NCBI GenBank assembly: GCA_900617105.1
Contig: UYFQ01000830.1
Span: 55,674 to 75,673 of the forward strand
DNA length: 20,000 bases
Reading direction: 5' to 3'
Source: Hydrurus foetidus
Taxonomy: Eukaryota
Part shown: positions 1-11,000 of the stretch, piece by piece
How positions within the stretch are numbered: position 1 is the stretch's first letter
How the letters are laid out: each line of letters begins with the position of its first letter
Translations under genes and position numbers: made by a program
The notes under the pieces: generated by a model
Seen by the model: the letters and a program-made list of their open reading frames with translations, nothing else
What the model was told of the DNA's origin: nothing
Databases searched by the model: none

Positions 1-1514
1 ACACGTACGGCTCCCCTATACTCTCGGCTGCATGAGGGTGTTGACTGGCGAATGAGTGGTCGTTGTGTATGACAGGTGGGCTGTAGATAGGGTTGATGTA
101 CATGCACCCTGCTGCCACTGCATCGATGGCAGAGGGGCCCAGAAGGGGGTCTCCCAGTCCTAGGAGGAATCTGCTCTGTGTCAACAGAACATTCCACTGC
201 TCTGCGTTCTGATGCCCCAGCCAGGTGATGTTCTGATTGTCGAATACTTCAGCTGATGCGGTTGAAAGCAGAGCCACACCATGTGCTAGAGACTCTATTA
301 GTTTCATTTTACCATCGAAGTGGTTTCCGTCTTTGCCCCATAGAATGCCTTGCTGTTTTCTCACTGACTTGATATCAAGTACGTCATCCTCCTTAAAGTA
401 TCCCAAGAAGGAATTCTGATAACTCGTGTTATAAGCTGTTAGGAATCGAGAAGGAGGAACGTTCAATCCAGAACCGCGTAACGTCTTGGACCCGAAAAAA
501 TCCAGAATGAACATTTTATTGTCCATACCCCTGAGATGTTTTTTAGGGACCCAACCTGATAAGAGAAAAATTGTCATATATAAATATTGGAAATACATAA
601 TATTACTTATTTGCTGATAACAGCAAATCTACACAGTATAATTCTTGAATTTAGGGGTAGAGATAGTCTTTTCAATATGAGCGAAATAGGGACACAGAAC
701 AGAATGCATGGATCAAGTCCCGAGAATATTAAATATGTACGTGCATTATATATTGGCGATACACACAAACAGCAAATCTATACAGTCACAATTGAGTGCA
801 ACTTTAACCTTGGTAACGAATGTGAATAAAGGTGATGGTATGTATGAATGAAGTGTTGAGAGGAATTTTGAATTGATGACAGTCAACCTTTCGCAGCCCA
901 CGTCCAAGGGTCCACAATAATGAAGTCGTACTTACTCGTATCCGATGACTCAAACTCTGGGCAATAATTAGGAAATTAAAGAAATTGAGTTCGTTTGTTG
1001 ACTTTTCTTTTCGTTAGGAGGGGTTGTACGTACCAGCATCAGATTCCTTCACATCCAGCTCGACATTCAATTCCTTGAAGATCTTCTCTAATGATTTCCT
1101 AACTAGAATTTCACCCGCAGCGCCACCTTGTTTACTAGCTGATTCATAGGAGAGAATTGAGTCCATTGTATACAAGAGTGCTTTCCTTTTAGGCATTTGA
1201 ATAACATGATTGATTGCTGGAGTGGTAGTATTGTCCATGTTGAGTTCACTATTCTCGCGATAGCTTGCTTGATTCCTCTTGATGAGCAGTAAGTCTTCCT
1301 TAAGAGATGACAGAGTTCCATTCAAAATGTCAAAATGCTTCTTATGTGACTCTACATTATCAGAATTTCTGTCGGATGTTGACGAATGAAGATGATAAGA
1401 GATGATATTAAACATCGTCAACGACAGCAGGAGGATCGCGATCAGTGCTGAAAATCTGCGCGGTTTGTTTTCTGATGCAGTTGCAGCAGTCCTTTCTCTA
1501 CGGTGTTGCGGCAT
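1..1514 (-). CDS. GT18 family glycosyltransferase, GnT-V/MGAT5-like, type II membrane protein (3' end beyond window); exons 1514-1034, 956-888, 555-<1
   Basis: GT..AG introns (1033-957, 887-556) keep the frame. The product has an N-terminal TM segment (FSALIAILLLSLTMFNII) and then QGGAAGEILV, MFILDFFGS, NSFLGYF, GILWGK, FLLGLGDPLLGPSAIDAVAAGCMYINP and SQHPHAAESIGEPYV. These match, in order, the GnT-V motifs I recall: GGPLGELV, VLDSFG, NSFLGF, VYGK, FVGLGFPYEGPAPLEAIANGCAFLNP, SQHPYAEVFIGRPHV. Confidence 0.9.
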
Positions 1515-2372
1515 TGTATCTTCTCGGCGGCTATCGCCGGATACTATTACTATTCTCAATTCTGTTCGCAGCACAGTTTGACCGATCTGCGACTTTCATC
1601 ATCACGGATGGAGTGAGAGCATTGGACGGACTGTATCATTCCAAGAACACGGCTAGACCAAGCAAGCCGTCTCTGCCGAATGGATATGTTGGTAGTGGAG
1701 TATACCAAAGTTACACAAGAGGTGAAAGATCTTTCTGTTCAAACCGAAATCAGAGATATCATCAAGATGTGGTTCCGTTTGGGTGCGGATTATTTCAAAT
1801 TTTCGGAAAAATCACCGTCAAATTTTGATCTGTGACCGATAAGATGTTTTCCAGCATTAAGTTGTTTTAAAGAATAAGAAGGGTGGAGGGTTAGCCTGCT
1901 GCGAATTGGTTACACTTTGAAATAGGAGTATCTCTCGATAAAAGAGTTCATTGCTTAGCTTAAGAAGGATCCAGTCCGCAATTTCAGCTTACAAAAATAA
2001 AAGTATGAGTTACAAAGTAATTTTTTAAGTATTGTTAATGAATTCATGTATGTGTGGATGGTACAGTGAGAGAGGAAGAACAGAAAGAGCGCACCAGCTG
2101 GATGATACTGTAAAGTGCTACTACACAACACCACATCAGATAGCAGCACATCTCATCTTACCATAACCTGCTATCAACTTCTCACTGGTCAGACGACAGA
2201 TCGTTACCGCTCTACTAAATCCAGAATTATTCCAGACTATTTCCTCACAAAGACCAAATAAATTCAATGGAAGCACCACCAATTATTCTGATGCTGTTCT
2301 AGATTTTAGATGCTATTTCAGATTATTAAAGCAGGTTCAATTATCGGCCTCAGTTATGGAGAAAATCGTTTA

Positions 2373-4480
2373 TTAATTGGTGGCACTCAGCAGCTCCATT
2401 TTTTCTAATTTTTTAATTTCACGCGAGACCCGGAATCTGTACACCGGATCATTTCCAACTTTACGGTAGAGCCCATCGAAGTCTTCTGGACGAAATCCGT
2501 TAAACTGAACAATTTTTGAGACCATTTCCGGAAAATAGTCGCACACTGTTCTGACCTGTAAAAAGGAAAATTGCAGAGGCAATTCAAAGTCACGACTAAT
2601 TCGGACATGATTACGAGTTAACCGGATATCGAGCAGTAGGCAGTGGCTCACCTCGGGGCACATGGCGGACAAAACGTCTTCACGGCACATGTTGGCCGGA
2701 AGACCCGGTATACCAAAGTCAGTCTGAGAGTAATATTCAGCGAATGAGGTGAGAATCGTCGAAAGGAGTGATATGGAGGGCGAGAGAAAAGAGGAAGAGA
2801 CGGAGATTGAGGGTTGTGTGAGAGAGAGAGCGAAAGAAAGGAACCAGACGAGAAAACGGAAAAGGTGAGAGAGTCTCATAAGACCTGCACGAAATAGTGT
2901 GTGTGAGTAAAAAGGGAGAGAGAGTGAGAAAGAGAGTAAGGCAATTTGGGGTCCTAGCTGCTCACCTGAATCTTGCTCCGTACGTCCACTCTCTTTTTCT
3001 CAATCATCGATAGGGTCTTGCAAAACCGCTCAAACTCTTCTTTGCTTCCATCCGATCTCTGACTTGACTGATTTGGCGAGAATTCCGTGATTTCTTTTCT
3101 TTGAGCTGACGTTGCTGATTGCTTGTTACCGTTGCTGTTGATGATCGTGTCGAGATCACCTGATATTCTGTGACGAGCAGTGCAGTTAGTTTCATTAGTT
3201 GATTCGTATGTGGTCAGTTGCGGTTTACAACTGGGTAGATTAGGCCTCTAATGAACACCGCAGCAGTAGCATGACTAAATGCGATAGAAGGAGCGACGGG
3301 AAGACAGGTACATGCCGTACTAAATGATACACAAATGGAGTACGTGCGTACGTGCCTGTATTGAAAAGTTTGCAGAAGGACCTTGGACTTTAATTCCGGA
3401 ACTTTCGATATTTGTTCGGACATACTGTTGAAAGTTTCGGCGTCCATGTTCATCGATCTGAAAAGTTTTAAAATGCAAAATAGATATGAATCTTTGCAGC
3501 AGAAAGGTAGGGAGGAAGGAATGAATGGAGGAAGGCAGGGAGGTATAAATTGTCTTCCACTTGAGTAATCTCGGCCGACTGTCAAAAGGGAGTGGTCAAT
3601 GGAACCAATCGCATCGCACAATATGACCGACATTCGACAAAAAGTGCATCAATGGGGCAAGATGTCACAGCCGAGAGTTACACGGTAATCCATCTGTCTT
3701 AATATCCATTGCAGGAGTACTTTCACCACTGTCATCTGTCACTGCTGTGAGACAACTTGCGTACCACACCTTGCTATATGAGAAACCTTTCCATCGTAAA
3801 CTTGGAATGCGAATTCGAGTTCTCGGTCCTTCGCATCGTTGCTGTAGCTGTTTCGGTTATAAGTGCGAAGGGACTCCGCATCACTGCCTGTCCATTATAT
3901 TGAACAGCACCGCAATATGAGACTAGCGCGTGGTGACGTCATCGGGAAAATTGTCAACGCCCCATTTCGTGGACAGTAAATGCAGTCACTTCGTAACAGT
4001 TATTACGCAGAACTCTTTTTCATTTGTCTTCTCGACAGTCAGATCAGAAGTGCCAAAACGACAGAAGAATAATGAGCACATCAGGATAAAAAGACACGAA
4101 ACAGCTCACTAAGGAATTCGCTTGAATGCGGAAAAGCATGCCGCACAGTAATACATTACACTGCTGTGTATTTGCAAGCAGCGCAGATCTTTTCAGTGGA
4201 CCAAGCATATCTAATACGAATGTCATCACACAATCTATCACAACTTCATCGAACCTGTCATCTTGTGCAGAAAGTAGCGAAATGGATTCAGTGATCTCAT
4301 TATCTCTCTATTCAGTTGCACTCGAACCGGTTCAATCGCAGCTAGAACAGCGCAATATTTGTGCAAGTCGATTTCGTCTCGACGGAATATCGGGACTGCA
4401 GTGATGACTGCGACGATGCTCTTCTGCATCATTGCAAAGAAGATGGCTACAGCAATTGTCAGCGAGAAACAGAACACCAT
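2373..4480 (-). CDS. Signal-peptide protein with two tandem DUF4168-like repeats, 300 aa; exons 4480-4255, 3887-3770, 3457-3356, 3167-2966, 2723-2652, 2555-2373
   Basis: Exons sum to 903 nt with an open frame. Repeat 1: IDLHKYCAVLAAIEPVRVQL...YDGKVSHIARSMNMDAETFNSMSEQISKVPELKSKV. Repeat 2: EEFERFCKTLSMIEKKRVDV...FPEMVSKIVQFNGFRPEDFDGLYRKVGNDPVYRFRV. The N-terminus is hydrophobic (MVFCFSLTIAVAIFFAMM). The DUF4168 call rests on pattern recall, not a search. Confidence 0.75.
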
Positions 4481-5000
4481 TTCTGATGTGCGTCTTTATC
4501 TAGAAGTCTCTCTCGTTGCAGGTATTGTTCTGATTGTTCACGACCACTTTTTTTTAGCGTGAAGAAGCTCAGCAATTGCGAAGATTGTTGAGCTTAATTT
4601 GGATCGCAAATATCGGGAGATGATGAACGGGCAACGGATAGCGATAAGGCAGGAGTGCTGGTCGTTTGAGTATCGTTGAGATTGGTGCATTGACCAGCGT
4701 TCTACTTTTCACTCACACAAATGGGTCCGTTGGTCGTTGGTCTGCACAAAGTGGCAGTGATCTGATTTTTCAAATTTCTTCAAAATAATTTTTATCTACA
4801 TCCCACCATACCGTAAACTTTCAAATTTTACGGAAACTTCCGGTGTAAGTGGCAAGCAGTAAGCAGTCCTTTGCAAGAAGTTGTTCAGTGATCACTTCTC
4901 GCTTCTCACTGCGGCAGAAATACCATCTTCAGCACTTTGAGTTGCGGATAACTCTTCTCGAACTCTTAAATTCTTATTTGGAAATAGTAAATCACACCAA
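4481..5000. promoter_or_regulatory. Probable bidirectional promoter between the DUF4168-like gene and eIF2D
   Basis: The two ATGs (4480 on minus, 5001 on plus) diverge 520 bp apart. The gap contains the inverted repeat CCGTAAA-N9-TTTACGG (4811-4833) and TTTCAAATTTTACGGAAA, a near copy of a motif at 1793-1809. Confidence 0.5.
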
Positions 5001-8000
5001 ATGTTTAAAAAAGAGAAAGACTTGGCTGAAAGGTCTAGAGCACTACTCAAGAATAAAGAGACCAAGAGGCTGAAAGCTGACGTAAGTGGCTACTCATCGC
5101 AACCCTAGATTCCCATTGAAGTACTGAACGTTTGGTTGGTTGTGAAGTTTCCGACACCACTTTTACAAGAGCAAAAGTTAAAATCGTCACCAGCTCACAG
5201 TACTTCATACCAAAATATCACTTTCTTTTTTCTCTTGGTATAAGTCGACAAGCAGTCATGATCATCATCGACATCTCTCCGTCTCTCTTCAGCTATCACG
5301 GCGCTTCTCCTTTTATGCGAGAATATCTGGACTCCTGCTTCCTCCTAGCGCGTCCAATACTGTTCTGAATAATGAATTGTGACCATCCTTTCTGTAACCC
5401 ATTCACTTCACTTCATCAATCTATTCCTCACATTTTTAGATTCTGTCAAAGTTTCCCCGTCTTACAGAGGATGATTTGGACGCCATCGTGCTGAAGGAGC
5501 AGTTTACCCGTGTGGTACTCGCGAACAGGTCGATTGTTTATTCAATTGGACCTGTTCCTTACTTCATCGATCACGAAGGTGAAGACAAAGCATCTTCTAT
5601 CTCATATCAGCATCCCAGTTGGCAGCGTCATTTTTTTTGTTGAAAGTTAAAATTAAGTTTCTCGAAATTGGTGATTATATATCATGATATTTTACAAACT
5701 GCCTTGATATGATGCATTTGAAATAAGCTGCACATATGCATGCTCTCACATTCCGTTCTCTACCAAACTTCTGATCTCACCCCGTCAGGACGAAATGATT
5801 TCTATCCTACGGTATTCTTGTTATGGAGGTGTCCACATGCGCTGCGATCTTTTGTGATACATGCACCAGTCTCAAGTGAGTAGACGATATCCTTGTCACA
5901 GCGTAGATATGATGATGTGTCATTTGTCTGGGATACAGGCAGCGCTTAGTTAGTCAGAGTTGCTGTGCAGTAAACGTAAACTCTCTTTTTACTGCGAGTA
6001 AGGCGTATTGGAAAGATGACTATGCAGACACAGACGTGTTGTCAGATAGGCACACACACATATACAGAGAGACAGTCAATTAGACAGATATGACGAACAG
6101 ACGAACAAACAGGCAGAGATGCTTGCGGTTGAAGGAATGAACAGAAAATAGGGCATGTTAAAGAATACTACAAAGTGCTTAACTGTTGGTTATACTCTCT
6201 CGCCACTCATCTGCAAACTTCTTCAGAATGTTCTTTCCTGGTCTGTTTGAGAGCTATCATCGGATTTCAGAATTATTAGATTGGATTAGATTAGATTAGA
6301 TTAGATTAGACTATATTAGATTAGATTGGACTGGATTGGATCATCACGCAGTTGCGCATTGTTGCTGTTGCTATCTCATCTCACGTTGCGCATTGCAAAG
6401 TATGAGAATTCGATGCATTGCTCTTCAGTGAGATTGAATCGTTATAGTATTTGAAACATTATACTGCTCTGCCCCGCTTTGTATCTTCATCTCCTTCTTC
6501 CATTATCTCTTTCAGTCTTGTCCTCTCATCTCTCTCACCTCCTCTTTTCCTTTTTATTTTTACTTTTTTTTATCATTTTTATTTTCATTTTCATTTTTTT
6601 ACTTCTTTTCTTCTTCTCACATTCTCAGCATTTGTCATGAAAGGCGCAGCTCTCTTGATGCCTGGTCTGGCCACACTCTCAGGTATGCAGAGATATTGAG
6701 TAGGAGCGCACGAATGTCCCCTTTTCTATCCCCTCCAGTTCTCTGCTATGGCGTGTGTTGGAGAGACATGCGGGAATCTGAACACCTAAATCTCTTCTAC
6801 GACATGCATTTCCACGTATTAATAGCACAGCATGTCATAATGTGATGCAACATGATGTGATACGACTGAAGAAATATGGTATGACATGACATTGCATGAC
6901 ACGATATGATATGATATGACATGAGTTTACGGATTCTTTCCTACATTCACACAACACACTTCTCTTTCCTTACAATCTCTCTCCCCTCCCCTCCCCTACC
7001 TTCCCCACCCCTTACCTTTCGTCCATCTCTCACATTGTCGTTTATAGGATTAGAAGGTCTGTCGAAGGGGGAGAAGATGAGTGTGCGTGTGTGGGGCAAC
7101 CCATCACCCTTTGCTGTGGGACTGTCGCAGATCAATTGGGAGATAATCGAGATGGGTGGTACGTACGTATGTGTGATGAAGTGTGGTGTGGTGTGGTGTG
7201 GTGTGGTGCAGTGTGGTGTGGTGTAGTGTGGTGCAGTGTGGTGTGGTGTGGTGTGGTGCAGTGTGGTGTGGTGTAGTGTGGTGTGGTGCAGTGTGGTGTG
7301 GTGCAGTGTGGTGTGGTGTGGTGTGCTTTTTGCATCCTGTTGTATCTCACTGAAGATGGAATTGAGAATCCCCGTCACCCCATCTCTTCATCACACCCCA
7401 TCTCAACATTGCAACTCACCATCCCATCACATCCTACCCCTCATGCAATCCCACCATCCCATCCCATCAGGTCGAAGGGGTGTTGCTCTCGAAGTGAGCA
7501 TGCGGTACGGAGATTTCCTCAATCCCCTAGGGGGGGTGGGCAACGCACACCCCAACAACGGGTTTGGAGCCACTTCTATTTCGATACTAGAGGGATTTGA
7601 TGATCAGTCTATGGGTGGGTCTTTTTCTCGAGTTCTTTGATGTCTTACTTAATTCATTTTTCGCATTGCATTGCCTAGATGGCATTGCATTGCATTCATA
7701 GCTTATGTATTATTTTGCAAGTCTATCCCTCTGTTGTGTGTGTGTGTGCTTGTGTGTCTGTATGTGTGTGCATTTATTTGACTGGTGAGGATCGCGGGCA
7801 AATGATAATGGAATGGGTGTTAGTGAAAGGTGTCTGAGAATCTGAATGTATTAATCTCTGCAAATCATCTAATTTAATTTGATCTGAAGTGACGTAACTT
7901 TTGCATACATTCAATTCAATCTCCACTCGAACTCCTTATGACAGTCGACAGTGAGGACGAGGACGAGGATGAAGAAGATGATTGCGATGAAGGAGGAGGA

Positions 8001-11000
8001 GAGGAGGTAGAGGGTGCGAGTGAGGGCAAAGCATTTGCCGGTGGAGATGGAAAGTTCACATACATAGGAGCACTTAAAGGCTCACACTTGGGAAAGGGGA
8101 AGGCAAAGAAAAAGGGGACTGGGAAGGGGGAGGGGGAGAAGAAAGACGTTCCACTAATGGGGTCAGGGGTGGATAAAGGAATTGCTGCACTGTCTGATTT
8201 CCCACCTCTGTCGGTTTCTTCCCCTTCCCTTTCTGATGCTGCGTCAGTTGCTGCTGTGTCCGCACAGAGCAATGTAGACAAGTCAGAGAATGACACTGAG
8301 AGTAGAGATGTTGCTGATCTACTCTCTGCAGTGCGATTGGAAGATGGCGAGGAACGCAGTCATGACATTGAGGAACAAGGAGGTGGTGATGGTGACAATG
8401 ATGATGAAGGTAGTGAGGAGGAAGGAGGAAGTGAAAATGAAAGAGAAGTAGATAAAGGAGAGGAGAGTGATGTTGAAGATGACATCAGTCGATATCAGCG
8501 AGAAATAGAAGAGAGGCACAAAGAGAAAGAGGCACAAGCCCACAGGGATGTTTCTCAAGTATCCAGTGGCGGGGGCTCTACTGTGCAAGCCGTGGATTCC
8601 GCAATAGAATCCGCGCTGTTAAAGGTAAACCACACTAGAATATGTCCTCATTCTGTTCTTTGAGTGAGTGGTGGATGAACGGAGGAGACATGAGGATAAT
8701 AAGGGGAGAGAGGGAGTGATGAAATGCATGAGTATACATGATGAAGAAAGGGAAGAAAGAGAGAGACGTATTTGTTGACCGATGTACCCCCATGTCTGCA
8801 CGCACAAGTCCTATTTCTGTTCCACCTGCCTTCCTCATCCTCCAACTATTCATCTCTAACTATCTAACTTCTTTCTTTCCTTCTTTCCTTCCTACTTTCC
8901 TTCCTTCCTTCATCTCTATCTTCATGTCAACTTCTACTAACATTTATTCACTTTACTTGGTCTCACTGCCTAGGCGATTAAGTACGTCATTAAGGACAAG
9001 CAGTTGCCCATGCTAGTTGCGATATTCTGGGGAGTAGTGCAGAAGTGAGTCAAGTCCAATTTATGCACTATGACGCTGTCTGCTGTGTTGATTGAATAGA
9101 AGTCGTTTCGGACATGTGTCTGTCTCTCGTTGTAAAGACAAACTAAATACTTTATGAGGTTGTCCGTACCCGTCTGTCTGCGTATGTGATTGCTTGACTT
9201 CATATCTGTTTGTACGTATGTGTGCTTGTATGTACGTATGTACGTATGCGGACTAACAACTCATGTGCGTACGTATGTGGCTTCATCACCCTCACAGTCT
9301 GTCTGTCTGTCTATCTGTCTGTCTGCCTGCCTCTCACCTGTATCCCCGCACTCCCTTTTCTTCAGATGCTCTGATGATGGCGATGACGCGGATGTAGAGG
9401 GAGGAGATGAGGGGGAGAGGGACGATGAGGGGGGAATGCCATCTAGATTGTTCGACATCAGGCAGTCAAGCCACAAGAAAGTCTCGACATTCCTGGTAGA
9501 GTAACAGTAATTGTAATTTACACTTGCATCATCACCGAACAAACAGTGATGGATAAAAGACTCTGCATTTTGACTTTGTGTCCATCCGTCTGATTGTCGA
9601 TAGCATTGATTCCTGATAATGATCGCCTCTCATGCGAAGTTGACTTCAGTCAGTTCATCTTGTGATCTCCCTCCAACTACTTCTCCTCCCCTCTCCCTTC
9701 TCCTTCTCCTTCTCCTTTCTTCTTTCTTTTTTTTCTCCTCCTCCATCATCATCCTCCTCATCATCATCATCCTCTCATTCGTCCTCGCCCTATTCTGTCC
9801 TAACACACAGCGTCACATGCAGTCTCTCGGTCTGCTAACAGTAGTGGAGGCTAACGGTGTCGCTTCTATAACCATGGTGCAGCGGCAACACAACATGTTT
9901 CGTGGAATAAAAGTCCAGGATCCAGAGGCGCTCAGGGAAGGAACGAGAACGAACAGTACGGACAAGAAAAAAGGCGGCAAAATAGCCGTTTTAGAACTTT
10001 TTAAAATGCCGAAAAATCTTGTGTAAGTCACGTTTTGAATATTATTTTCCCCCTTCTATTACTCAGATTACATGTTGTGAAGTTACTTTCAGTCCTCTGC
10101 GAAACCTTCGTGTATGTGCTGTGTCTGTCTCGTTGTGTGTTCGAGAGTCGTGAGTAGTTCGCCGTGCAAAGATTGCGTGCACTGTGCTGTACTGTCACAT
10201 CGAGCGATAGCCGACACAGTTTTTGTCTCCTTTTACCGACTTCCTTTCTTCCTCCCTCCTACCCTATAAAAACCCAGTCGGCGTACATATGAGAGCGGGA
10301 GATTTCCGAGACGCTTTCAGTGCGTACTCGAAGAAAAATGGACTGGAGATGGATGCACACGAAGGTCTGAAATCAAATGCTGGTACATGTGCTGCATTAC
10401 ACTGCATTGCCCTGTGTGAAAGTGCAATGTGTTGAGTTGCATTGTCTGGTATTGCTACACTGTACTGCACCACAATACACTTCGTGATATACTCCACTGC
10501 ACTGTACTACATTGCAGATACACTCCCTCCCTCTTTCTCTCCCTCCCTCCTCTTCCCTTCCTCCCTCCTCTTCCCTGCCTCCGTCCTCTTCCCTTCCTCC
10601 GTCCTCTTCTCTCCCACCCCCTCAGTGTCCCTGATATCATCGACTCAACCCTCATATCACCACACCACATGAATGACAGATGGCCGCGCACCCACACCCA
10701 CACCTGGACCTGCCGTTAGGATTGACAGAAGCTGCGTGATAGTACCTCCCTCCGACCCGCTCTACCAAATAGCCCTTAAAGTGTTCACATCAAATTCGAA
10801 GAATCTTGCCTCTGCCTCTTCCTCTTCCTCAGCCCCTGGGGGGTCAAAATCTGTATTGAAATCTGGCACATCTTCGAGCACTTCTATTACGAAGGAATGT
10901 TCCGCTAGCACGGTAACAAGTTCCTCTGTCGGAAGGAGAGTATCATTTGAGACTGGTGAGGAGAGGGGAGGAGAAGAAGAAGGGGAAGACGGAGGAGAAG

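Noticed and set aside
2724..2879. Signal-peptide-like N-terminus of the 168-aa ORF 2373..2879
   Set aside because: This is read-through of a CT-rich intron. The coding part starts at the 2723 acceptor.
4110..4210. Alternative second exon (MLGPLKRS...QANSL) for the DUF4168-like gene
   Set aside because: Its GTGAG donor is phase 0 and fits neither downstream acceptor. Exon 3887-3770 keeps the frame and aligns with the second repeat (VSHI/VSKI).
6947..7378. His/Thr-rich (HHTTP)n and Cys/Val/Trp-rich ORFs resembling metal-binding proteins
   Set aside because: They are translations of the intronic (GTGTG)n microsatellite, which lies inside a phase-consistent eIF2D intron.
9545..9615. Possible intronic C/D box snoRNA (GTGATGG...CTGA)
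   Set aside because: Box C deviates from RTGATGA, and I could not identify a terminal stem or an rRNA guide sequence.
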